A stretch of DNA of 64,000 nucleotides from Rhina ancylostomus (taxonomy: Eukaryota), in the NCBI GenBank assembly GCA_030265395.1, contig JARFYF010000054.1, positions 13,707,288 through 13,771,287 of the forward strand, in the 5' to 3' direction. Under the pieces are notes generated by a model. The model ran no database searches and had not been told where the DNA came from. It was given only the letters and a program-made list of their open reading frames with translations. Below are positions 1 through 12,000 of the stretch, one piece after another. Made by a program: the position numbers and the translations under genes. How positions within the stretch are numbered: position 1 is the first letter of the stretch; every line of letters starts with the position of its first letter.

Positions 1-669
1 TCTGTCATCCTGTTGTCAATAAACATAAAATGCTTTGGAATTTTCCTTAATGTTGTTGCTAGTGATTTTTCACACACCCCCTTTGTCCTAATTTCTCTAT
101 TTAAGTACCCTCTTCACAGTTCTCCAAACCTGCCATAAGCTTCATCTGGCCCTCGATATCCCTGGACACCTATGGTTACTTGGACTTGCTGTCAGTACCT
201 TTCACCATTATTGTGACATATTCACCCTCAACTCTCATTACTTCAGTTCTGGTTGTCTTCCATAGACACCCTTGATTTTCCTTTCCTAAACAGGAGTGGC
301 ACAGGGCATTGATAATGACATGGTTTTAAAATTAACAGTAATCCCAGCATAAAGGAACTATGAAACACGAAACCAAATTCAACAGAGAAAACCGCAAATA
401 GTGAGATGTGTTAATTGCAAACCACTTGAATCAAATAATCCAGACCCCGGTTTTGAGTTTGTACATAATAAAATTCCAAACTAAAAGCTGCAGTAGATCC
501 CTGAGAATCACAGGAGCCAGTTGGTAGAAAACACTGTTGCTCTGCTGATAGAATGCATTTAGATTGATGCTAATCCTTAAATTGGTTGGCACAGATGGTG
601 GAGCAGGAGGTAGCAAACCATAATATAGAAAGATGCACCAGCTATGGATTTTACCTTCCTCTTGCCTCA

Positions 670-925
670 CCACTCCACACTGTGTGGAATTTGCATCTTC
701 TCCCTACAATTGTGTGGGTTTCCTCCTGCATCCTAAAGATGTGCGGGGTGTAAATTGGCAGCTGTAAATTTTTTCTAGTGTAGGTGGGTGGTTAAATTGG
801 CTGGGGGGGAGCAGTGTTGATGGAATGTGGGGAGAAAAGGTTGCAGGGAAAATTAGGAGGGAATGGGATTGCTTTGTGATTGTTCTGATGGGCTGAAACA
901 GCCTCTGTGTTGTAAGGATGCATGA
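670..925 (+). mobile_element. V-SINE (HE1-like) remnant
   Basis: V-domain-like gtgtggaatttgcatcttctccc..gtgggtttcctcc, followed by a CR1-like tail. Confidence 0.7.
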
Positions 926-1613
926 AAATACGTCTGAACAGAATCCTGTTGTGGTTGTACCAAGCCATGATAGAGTCAGAAAGATGCACACTGTGGATTT
1001 TATCTTTGACTCTCATATACGTCTTTTCCATTACTTTCCTTTCCACACCAGTGTGCCCAAAACTATATCATCAGTAGTTTAATAACAAAACACCTTCATG
1101 TTTTATTATATGTAGACCAGAATCCCAATAGTCTCTTCAGAGTGTTTCAGTCCAGTTAAATGTCAAGTCAAATTTTGTTCACTCATTGTTAATTTTACCA
1201 TTTAAGTTACATTTCCCCTCTCACTTCACACAATAGTTCACATTTACTTACACTGAACTGAATTTGTCAGGTTAATTACACCCATCTCAATGACCTGCCG
1301 CTGATGCCTTGTGAAATATTGACATAATATCCAATGTCACATGGAGGTATTTCACTGTTTTGCCAAATAAGAAATATGAATTTACTTAAGATCTGTTTTT
1401 TAGTCAAAATGCTATTTATTCATTCTTTTTGTTGCAAGATTAGTCCTGTATCTTTAGAAAACTATGTGCCACATCAACTTCCATAGTCAGCAATTTCCTT
1501 GAGTCAAATTAGTTGGTCACAACCTGAGCTTGTAAGTGCACTACTGCTGGACATGCACAAGATGCAAAGCTTTGGATATTTTACACACAAAACTAAACTA
1601 TTTTGTCCTCTAG

Positions 1614-1726
1614 ATATCATAAAGAGAAGAATCATCAGGCTTGGCAAGAAGAGGAAAAAAAGGCCACTATACAAGAAGAAATCTATTCCACCTTATGATG
1701 TCCTTCCAAGTGACAACAGTGACTGA
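1614..1726 (+). CDS. TP53I13: Terminal coding exon of probable TP53I13 (tumor protein p53-inducible protein 13) ortholog
   Basis: Acceptor ttttgtcctctag|AT, then (D)IIKRRIIRLGKKRKKRPLYKKKSIPPYDVLPSDNSD*. This resembles the basic-then-acidic TP53I13 C-terminus (human ..[22 protein letters not shown]..ESSE, recalled). TP53I13 is the tail-to-tail neighbour of GIT1 in human. Upstream exons were not seen in the window. Confidence 0.72.
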
Positions 1727-3040
1727 CTGTAACAAGGCTGTTGATTCGGTTTGCCCAATGAAGTGACTTAAGTGCTCGGACCCAGCTGCCACTAAGTAAC
1801 TGTGAACTGCAGGGAGGGGGAAACCATACCTGGCAAAACAAAATTGCAATCCTGGCGGGGATGGGGGAGTGGAGAAGGGAGAAAGTAGTTTGAAAATTAT
1901 ATCTTGTGTGATACAAGATACTTTGTTCGATTTAAATCATGCATGTCAGGAGGTTTATTCTGGTGGACTCTACAGTTGTGCTTCATAGTTTTCATTCATG
2001 CCTTTAGGACTGGAGTAAAATCCCAACTTTTAAGTAATCAATGTAGAGTTAAAAATACCTATGTGAATATTTTAATAGTGATATAAACCAAAGCCTTTTG
2101 TTGCACGTGGCATACATCAAATTGCACTGTGACAGCGTGATTTTGCAGTTTATTGCCTTGTATGGTTTAAATTATCCATCGTTGAGATTTTAAAACAGGA
2201 GCATTTGGACCATGTCATCAGATGTGGCATTAAATAGTGCACTCATTTATTTGATCTTAAAACTGGTTTGTGTGGGATCAGGTGGGGCAAGGTTTCTTTG
2301 TGGCAGACTATCTAATTATGCAGGCTGTGAATACAGTTGTATCCTCAGGTTATTGCAGAATCACGTCTCATTTGTTCTAGCAAATGACAATCAACAGGAT
2401 AAGGTTTCTCAGTTTAAATAATTCATCAGGAAAATCATTAACTAGGAAAGCAATTGCAGAAGCAATCATTGATACTTGCAGTAATATCAAAGATTTTGTG
2501 AACTAGGCTACAGCTTCAGACTTGAGCCAAATGCACAAGCATTCTTATCCAGGCTTTCAGATGAAAGTCAATCTTCCAGCTCCTTAAATTCATGGTATAA
2601 TTTTAGAAGGAAATGAAATCATCTTTGCCTAAATTACTGCAAGTGACATTAGATTGTTGATCAAAAATTATGGATTTACATTGGTGATCAATCCCATCTC
2701 AGAACTAGTTGTAATGAAAAAAATCAGTTCAAAACTCGTGTGATTTCAGCTCCTCCCCAACATTTTCTGTTACGGTTAGTTTCAAGCCAAAATTTGTAGC
2801 TTGTGAGGTGCATGCAAGGTCGAAGCTCCTTACCATGCACAAGTGGTGTCATCTAATTGATGAGGGTTACTCTGGCTGCAAACTGCATTGTAGATTGTAG
2901 TTTTGAGTTTGTACATTAAAAAAATCCAAACTAAAAGCTGCAGTGTAGCAGAATTTTTACCACAGGGCTATTGAAGTATGATGCAGACCAATAGGGTGAT
3001 ATATTTAAAACAGGATATTTGTTATAATGCAAATGTCAGT

Positions 3041-3046
3041 AATAAA
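3041..3046 (+). terminator. Candidate poly(A) signal for TP53I13
   Basis: AATAAA about 1.3 kb downstream of the stop codon; a variant ATTAAA is at 2915-2920. Confidence 0.4.
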
Positions 3047-3869
3047 AAGTCTTAATTGTAAATAGTGCTTATGAAGCAAATTTAAATGATCAATGATTTT
3101 TCATGTTAATTTGCTTCAGAGATGATCCAGTTTCGGCTGCAGCCAACTTAACCGATCAGTAGTTAAAAGGTTTTAAACAAATCTGCAGGTTGCTGTTATC
3201 TTGAATATAAATTTATCTGAAGTGAGTGGGATTCATCTTCTGCAACAGAAAGCTAGATAGGGAGACAGAGGATGGATCGGGAAAGTGATTCTTCACTCAG
3301 ATCTGTGTAGATAGCAGCTTTACCACTTGGGAACTTTTAATGCTAAACTACGGCACCCCAGGAGTAGTGATTTACAAAACTTGTGCAATTTCTTATCAGA
3401 ACTGATGCTGTTCTTAGTGACCAATGGGGAAAATATGTTCAAATGTTTATGATCATAACTATGATTGTTTATTTCTAAAAATTAAAACTTTAGAATTTAT
3501 TTTTTTCTGGACATCAGATTCTCATTTTCTTAACTATTCTCCCCCAAAATAATAGATGTCCTGTAATATTACACTCATTCTGTATTTTGTGAGCACTTGG
3601 GTTTTCAGAAATTCTTTATTTTTGCTGCAGAATGGTTAAAGGAGAGGCTAAGAAATTTTCTGTTGGAGAAATTAGAAGAGGGAGCAGGTAGAAACAAATT
3701 GAAATGAAGATTGGTTGTAAATATAACCCCATTATTGATGGAGAGGTGGGATTGGGGAAAACGGAGAATTACAACACATTTAACTTGACAACTAACTGGA
3801 AAATGCCTGAATCTATAATTAAGTGGTAACAGGGTTCTTATTATTGGGAGAGTTGTCATAGAACATAAC

Positions 3870-4670
3870 TGCATAAGAACAGGCCCCTTGGTCCATGATA
3901 TCCTGCTGAACTAATTGAACCAGCAATTAAATGCCTAACTAATCCAATCCCTTTTGCCTACAATATCCCTCCATTCTCTGCCTACTCACCTGCCTATACA
4001 AGAGCGTCTTAAACAAATTATTGTATTTGCGTCCACTACCACACCTGGCAGCCTATTCCAGGCACCCACCACTCCATTCAAAAAAAGTTACTCTCTCCCC
4101 CCCCCCCCCAACCTTAAATGCATGCCATCCAGTATTTGACATTTCGACCCTGGGAAAAAGATACCGGCTGTCTATCTCTNNNNNNNNNNNNNNNNNNNNN
4201 NNNNNNNNNNNNNNNGATACCGGCTGTCTATCTCTGCTTCTCATAATCTTATAAACTTCTATCAGGTCTCCCTTCAGCCCCTGCTGCTTCAGAGAAAACA
4301 ACCCAAGTTTGTCCAGTCTCCTTATTGCACATGCCCTCTAATCCAGGCAGTGTCCTGGTAAACCTTTTCTGCACCTTCTCCAAAGCCTCCACATCTTTCC
4401 TATAATGGGGTGACTCCAGATGCAGCCTAACCAGAATTATGTTGCAGCTTTATAAAACTTTGACTCAAACTCAATGCCACAACAAATAAAGGCAAGCATG
4501 CCATATGCCTTCTTTACCACCTGTGCAGTCACTTTCAAGGAGCTATGGATTTGGACCCCTAGATCCCTCTGTAGATCAACATTGTTAAGAGTCCTGCCAA
4601 TAATTGTACTGTCCCTTTACAATGGATCTCCCAAAGTGCAACACTTCACACTTGGCCAGGTTAAACTCCA
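3870..4670 (-). mobile_element. CR1/HER1-like LINE 3' fragment (degenerate ORF2 C-terminus)
   Basis: Peptides MEFNLAKCEVLHFGRS and LKGDLIEVYKIMR..YLFPRVEMSNT, typical of the CR1 ORF2 end. Confidence 0.88.
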
Positions 4671-4723
4671 TGGATTTAGGAAAGGGAATATGAGTTGGAG
4701 CAGCTGGTAGAACNNNNNNNNNN

Positions 4724-5030
4724 AGACCTGGCTTCAATACTGACCTGTGTCTGTGTGGAGTTTGCATGTTCTCCCTGTGACTGCATGGGTTTCCTCCAAG
4801 TGCTCCAGTTTCCTCCCATATCACAGACATGCAGGTTGGTAAGTAAAATGCAGGTTGGCACTGTAAATTTACAGTGATCCTACTTAAATGCAGTTATACT
4901 CAGCCTGGGACTAACCCTGGGGATATGGGTTAGTGCAGCAAAGTAGTACTGGGGTAAAAGATCAGTAACAATGTTGCTGAGTGGCACAGCAGACACAAGG
5001 GGGTCAAATGGTCTACTGCTTTATTTCTTC
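4724..5030 (+). mobile_element. V-SINE (HE1-like) with CR1-like tail
   Basis: gtgtggagtttgcatgttctccctgtgactgcatgggtttcctcc..ctccagtttcctccca. Confidence 0.75.
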
Positions 5031-6099
5031 TGTATTTATATTTACAAGATGTCTCCTACTACAGCATGAAGGACAAGGGCCCTAGAATCAGTAAGTTGGA
5101 TAGTGGGCCAGACACTACACAGCTAGAATCTGGCATAAACTAGTCACAGCTAATAAATGTACTGATGCATCATTTCTACTGCTGGTATTCATGAAACCTC
5201 AAAAGCCTCAAATTTGAATGGGATAAGTGTGTTCTAATGGGAGCAGTGATTCAAGGCACATTGATCTGATGTCAATTCTCCAGCAAGCAGAAATTTGAAC
5301 AATTGATTGCTTTCATCAGTGCTAAAATACAACTAAAATGCAGCNNNNNNNNNNNNNNNNNNNNNNNNNNNNNNNNNNNNNNNNNNNNNNNNNNNNNNNN
5401 NNNNNNNNNNNNNNNNNNNNNNNNNNNNNNNNNNNNNNNNNNNNAAATACAACTAAAATGCAGCTGCATTCAGCCAGGGACCAGCCATTTTACTTTAATA
5501 AAGAGTACACTGACCCAGACCTGGGTCACATGAGGTTACCTACCTTAAAAAAGAAAACAGGAAACAAACCACACACAATTTCACTGTCCAAACAAACCAC
5601 ATCCTGTGTGATTGGAGCTTGTAAATGTCACATGGCACACTTGCCTTTACCCACTTGTATCACCCTTAAGCTTTTCTATTTCTCATATTTTCTTACTACA
5701 CAGGCTATTCATCCTATTGAGTCTATGCTAGCTCTCAGAGCATTCTCATTCCCTCAATTATTTCCCTGTATGTAGGGAAATTGTAAGATTTAAATTAGAG
5801 ATACCAGTCAACTCAATGGATGAAACCTTTGTACAATGCAGTGCTGACATCACATGTTGATGCATCCAGAATCAATTCGTGTCTTCCCACTGTTTCCCCA
5901 TCCAAATAAACCATGCTCTGTCTGATTCGATCTTGCGAACATCACATGATCCACTTATCATTACCCACTTTTTAAAATCAACTTTTAACAAAATTTTGTA
6001 TTTCTTTTATTTCCTTACTACACAGGAAGAAATTAGGAAGGCAAAGATGGGCCATGATTTATGCTTGACAAGAAAGTTGAATATTTGAAAATAAAAAAC

Positions 6100-6700
6100 C
6101 CAGCAATCCTGGAATTCAGAACTAAAAGCAGAAATTATTGGAAATACTCACCAGGTCAGGCCACATCTCTGGGAAGAGAAGCCAAGTTAACTTCAGGTCG
6201 AAGACCCTTCTCAGAACTGGGAAGGAGACAAAAGCGGCTTGTTAAACTGTAGGGAGAGTTGGGGAGGGTGTGGTGGGAGAATGCCTCTGTTAGGGTAAAG
6301 CCAGAATGGTATGGAGATAAGGTACAAACAAGATCACCTGGTCAATGAGTGAATGGGAGCAGTTGGAGAGTGAGAACATAGACTAAAGAATGTGAGAGTT
6401 GCAAAATGCAGAGCAGGAGCAGCAGGTCAGGCCAGACATGTCCTCCACTCCCAGAGGAAAAGGGGGAAAAATTCCAGTAAACTAGTTGAGTCAATATCAC
6501 AAATATTGTATTGGGCCTCATTATAACAGTACAGGAGGCTACAGACCAACAGGTGAGAGGGAGTGCGGTGGAGAATTCAAGTGGCAGGCAATGGGAAGCT
6601 CAAGATTGCTACTAGGCATCAAAAGGTCCCCATGATCCTTCAGGCCATGCTTCACAACGTGGAAGTGGCTTTCCGCCACTTCATCCAGCTCCTCGACCAA
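6100..6700 (-). mobile_element. Penelope-like element 3' remnant
   Basis: Terminal motif ggaaatactcaccaggtcaggccacatct shared with other copies; degraded endonuclease-region sequence. Confidence 0.5.
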
Positions 6701-6729
6701 GCTGTCATTGCAGCTTTTTGCACCGTGAC

Positions 6730-7030
6730 ACAGTAGGTAAAGCTATTGCATTGCACCTACAACAAGCCAGGTTCAATCCCTGATCTGCAGTGCAGTCTGT
6801 TTTGAGTTGCACATTCTCTGCAACTGCCTGCGTTTCTCCAGGATGCTTCAGTTCTCTCCCACATCCCATGCTGGTAGGTTAATTGGTGCTGGTGTAGGGG
6901 GTAGCAAGAGAATGGGAAGCAAGGGGGGGGGGAGATTGATGGGCGTGAGAGGAGAAAGAAAATGGGATGTTGAGGAAATAATGTGAAAGGGACTGATAGG
7001 ATTGTTTTGCTGGGAGTAGGATTGACTCAA
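6730..7030 (+). mobile_element. V-SINE (HE1-like)
   Basis: tRNA B-box-like ggttcaatccc, then a V-domain and purine-rich tail. Confidence 0.7.
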
Positions 7031-7054
7031 AGAATTATCGCCACACCGTAGTTA

Positions 7055-7290
7055 GAAAGACACACTACTGGAGGTACTCAGCAGGTCAGGCAGCATCTTT
7101 GGAGGCAGAGGAATGGGTTGACATTTCAGGTCAAGACCCTGTACCAGGACCTGAAAAATGTCGACCAGTCCTGATGCAGAATCTCAACTTGAATCATCAA
7201 CCATCCCTTTGCATCCAAGGTGCTGCCTGACCCAGAAGTCCTCCAGCACTTTGTTTTCATTTGCTACAAATTACAGCATCTGCAAGTTCA
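7055..7290. mobile_element. Fold-back element made of inverted Penelope-like termini
   Basis: Arms ctggaggtactcagcaggtcaggcagcatc and gtgctgcctgacccagaagtcctccag are reverse complements with mismatches. Confidence 0.65.
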
Positions 7291-9074
7291 TGTCTCTTAG
7301 GGAGTAATTATACTTGCCATATCATAAATGCTGTGGATAGCAATCCAAGCTTAATAGGAAGGATTACGCCATAAGTATTCATTCAGCCTCTGGCTGAAAT
7401 AAAACTCCTATCACCAGGTGCTGTAAAATGTCTGACAAAAGGTAGGATATGATTTTCTTGGCTCTCCAGAAGTCAGAGGTTTGCAGAACTGGATCATCAT
7501 GTTGGAGGGGTCTGTCAATCTCCAGNNNNNNNNNNNNNNNNNNNNNNNNNNNNNNNNNNNNNNNNNNNNNNNNNNNNNNNNNNNNNTTTAACACATATAT
7601 GATGATGGTGTGTTTCTGTTGTTGCTGGTACGTAACCTAAGTTTTTGATTGGTCAAGGACCTCAGATTTATTTGCTGAGGATCCATTCAACGTAACTGTG
7701 CAAATTGCAGGTCTAACTGCACATACTGACTGATGTGAGGAGGTGGGGGAGGCAGACAGAGGGATAGATGTGGAGAATTTGCATTGTTTTCACAGATGGT
7801 TTCAAAACAAGTTCTGATCCAAGCATTGCTGTCAGTTGTGCTGCTCGTGCTGTTAATGTTTTGAAAATGCCATCTCTGCCCATCTCACCAAAGAACTATA
7901 TTGAATGCTTAAATTGCTCTAAATTGCAAAGTAGATACAAACAGAATTCACCACAGAAAGCCATCTTCCTCCATAAATAATCCACCAGCTCAATTAAAAA
8001 CCATTACAAGTATAGATTCTCACTCCTACAGGCATTATTTTTGCAGATACAATCTCTAGTAATTTTATTTCAGAGTTTACTTTCATCATCTGACAACCTA
8101 CTACACTGCTGACAACTGTGTCCAAAAAATATTTTGAGCAGAACATGCACGCGAGAGGAACATTTGGCTCATTGCATTCCATTTTTGTAGTAAAAGACTG
8201 CCCTTAGATCCAAACATTTTTAGAACAGAACAAAGAACAGTACAACACAGGTACAGGCCCTTTGGCCAATGGTGTCTGTGACAACCAAGATGCCAATCAA
8301 AACTAATCCCATCTGCCTGCATATGGTCTATTTATATAGCGAATTTCTAAGCACTAAAGTAGATGTGGTTTATTCCACTGAAATGAGTTAAACTGAAGTT
8401 TTAAATGTAAAGAATTTCAATGAAACAAAATGGTCTTAACCATAGTCCTGATTCTGCCTGTTACATTATATTTCAGATTTTACAACACATTTGCCTTTAC
8501 TGAGTAATATTACTTTTTGATTCAAGCTTGCATCATTTTACTTCATGCAGGAGAGTTTAATGAAAACAAACAATACCACTATTNNNNNNNNNNNNTCATA
8601 CATACCAATTTCAATCCACTACATTTAGAAGTGGTCCAGAAAACTGATATGCAAAAATCCATTACAGCTTTTAAATCATACGATCAAATGTTTATGTATA
8701 TCTTGCTTTAGTGATTAAAAGGTTTACTTTGAACATTCAAAGATCAGTTTAATCTCCAGTAAGGCCAACATTAGAATAGCTAATTTTTTGAAAGGGGGGG
8801 GGAGGGAGGGAGGGAGGAAGGAAGCTACTTATGTATTTACCAAAATTAGAAACCAATACACAAATTCAATTCAAATCGACAACCAAATCCTCAAATAGCT
8901 CTTTACAATTTAGTGTTTTTTTTAATTTTAAGGCATTTAATCAATGTAATGAAAAATTGATCTGAAATTATAAATTCTTAATACTGACCATCAATATTTT
9001 TCTCAACATACTCAGATGAATACAAGATGTATACAATAATTAGTACACTTTGTTTAGTATTTCTTCATATACTT

Positions 9075-12000
9075 AATTCCATATTCTTTGAATATTTTTA
9101 TTCCAAAATAAGAATTGAGTGTAGAGCAAGCATTGTGCACAACTGCATGTATTTATTTCAATACAAATGTACAATAGATGAGTTTACAAGGAAGCTCACC
9201 ACCACCACCACATTTCCACTACCATCTACAATAGAGTGCATTTCTAAATGGCATTAGTTACAATTAGCATTCATTGCACAAAAGAAACAGTAAGCAGGTC
9301 AGTGACTATCTTTGTTAAATATAACTTTTAGCACTCAATTGTTCAAAAGTGCATGCTTAACACCAATTGTTTGAGATAGACATTTGGATTTTCTTTAATA
9401 AAACATTTGTACCACACATTAGGGGTTAGTAATGGAACATATAAAACAATTACAAGGCTGGACCCTAGAGGGATCCCTTCAGAAGGCATTCTAAAACTGT
9501 GTGAAATGTAGTTTATAAACAACATCTGAATCCAGAGGATTGGATAGAAACGTCCCACCTGGAGTACTGGTTCCTTTTAGAATATATACAACTTTTTAAA
9601 TGTAAAATTAAAATATTTCAAACTGCTATTGGTAAAGTTCTAGTGCCTCAAAAGATGTGTTGCAGTGTTACAAGTAGGCATCACTCCCCTCCATGATGTT
9701 CCTGTTGTATCATAACAGATCACTTTTAGAAAATCATTGGTAAAGTTCTACACCTTGGCTTTCATGTGCTTCATACCATTCCCAGGGTGTAATGTTAACC
9801 TTGCAGTAGCTTACTTGTATTGCATGGATGGATGGTAAACATCATAAATGCACACACTCCCTTCAAGTGTACTCTGATATCACAATCAATGGACTCCTAT
9901 AAATACCCCTTTTGACAAGTTGGCTATTACTGTTCTGAGGAATTGTGTTAATTGTGCCGTATTTTCCAATTTTCTTTCAGAATTTAAAAAAATCCAAGAT
10001 CACAATACATTCTTCATTCTCAGAATACAAACACCAAATTTGTGTTCCCCTCTTTATTTCTCTCCACCCTAAAAGGTCAGAAGTTAATGAATGCTGGAAG
10101 GGATTTCCAAGGTAGCAATAAAATGGAGGAGCTCAGCTAATTCAGATTGTAAACTGTGTCTGGTAAGTTAACAGCTACTAACAGACTATAATAATCACAA
10201 TGCCTTTGGTGCCCTTGTTTTACATTAACATTCTGTGAAAATTCCTGCTGACATATTCGGAAGTGCCTCAGATTAGCCTATACATATACAAAATGATTTG
10301 TGTTCCTCAGTGACAATAGGAAGGGGACTGTTATGTTGCACGTGATTCTAGTTTTACACCTGCAATTACTGACAGTTAAAAATGGCTAAATCCACACACT
10401 ACAAGCAGTGTTAAAGAGGCCAAAGGAAATAAATCCATGACACCATCAAATCACATTTTGAATAGAAATATATTTAATCTCTTCCTGGTTTATGTGACAA
10501 TTATTTAGAACTGGATTCTGTAAAATTAAAAACAGACTGAATGAATTTGCAGTTTTGGCCCAAGTATGACCTATCTGTACTGAACCACTGTGCTGGTCTG
10601 GTTGCAGAATTTGCCCCTACTGTAAAGAACACTTTGAACTTGCTGCTTGCTTAGTGCCCCAGTCTGACACTGGAGAAACACAAACCAATCCATGGTACGC
10701 AGAAGGCACTTTACCTAATCTCACCTTTAAAAGTTAAGAGCCTCAGTTCTGAAATGTTTCTGTAAGCAGGGGAGGTGTAATTCTTGCAACAATGGATGCT
10801 TACAAAATTATTTTGTTCTACAATTGTTACATTGGATAATTGCTTCCTAAAGTTCATTTAAAAAAAACAAGTGGTTAAGGCATTCTAATTGGTCATGTTC
10901 TGGAAGAAAATCTATAACTTATATTAACATTTCATGACTTTTGTAAACAAGACTTGATACTTGCAGAATCAAAGAAAAACAGTCTGGAGTGAAGGCAATG
11001 TGGAATAATATCANNNNNNNNNNNNNNNNNNNNNNNNNNNNNNNNNNNNNNNNNNNNNNNNNNNNNNNNNNNNNNNNNNNNNNNNNNNNNNNNNNNNNNN
11101 NNNNNNNNNNNNNCTTGTCCTCAGGATGTTAGCATTACGAAATAAAGAATCTGAATTAGGCAGTAGTGAGTAGTTATCACGAATGTCATACAAGGTCAAA
11201 TTATTTTATCTTTACTCTTGCTGTTTGCAAACATAGCAGCAGCAGCTATTCCATAAAACACAAAGTTGTTGCAACAGGATAAGTCATGCTATTACAGCAT
11301 TTAATACCTCCTCTTGCTTTTCTTGAGCTATTCTTAATAAATGCCTGAGGAGATAGTCTAAATCTAACTAGTGTCAAGTTAAGAAGATATTTGAGACAGT
11401 TCTAAAGAACAAAGTTCAACTGCCCATGTACTGCATGGGCAGTCTGCAATATGCCCTGAACAGCCTTTAATTCTACATCTTCCTCATCCAAATAGCATAC
11501 TGTGGTATTACTGTTTCATAATCTATATAAATAGTTATCGAATTTTATGTTAGTACATTTTTCAGTACCAAACCTTCCTCTGGCTTTGATGAGTGTTTAT
11601 CAAATAAACAAGTAAAGAGATTCACAATAGTTCCACGTTCAGTCAGCACATGTCTTTACCTAGTATCCTTCACCCAAACTGAATTCATCCACTGATTCAT
11701 TCTGGTGTTGCTGATGCAGTGGTTTTGGTTACCCTGGTTACATAATTAAGATTACAGAGTGATGAAAATTTCTAGCATTTAACAATTAAATGACACACAT
11801 TTACTAGTTTGCTTTTATATACTAAATTAGCACCCCAATCTGGAATGCCTGAGGGTTCAATTAGGCCAGGATTTAAAAGAAATGCTGTATGTATGCAAAA
11901 CTCAGTCTGAAGAAAAATCTTATTTATCCGAGCTTCTTCCAATTTATAGATTGAAAAAGTCCTTCCCTAATTACTGTTCCCTTTCAATTACATTAGTTCC

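Noticed and set aside
9628-9750. 15-nt direct repeat attggtaaagttcta
   Set aside because: Short local duplication with no evidence of function
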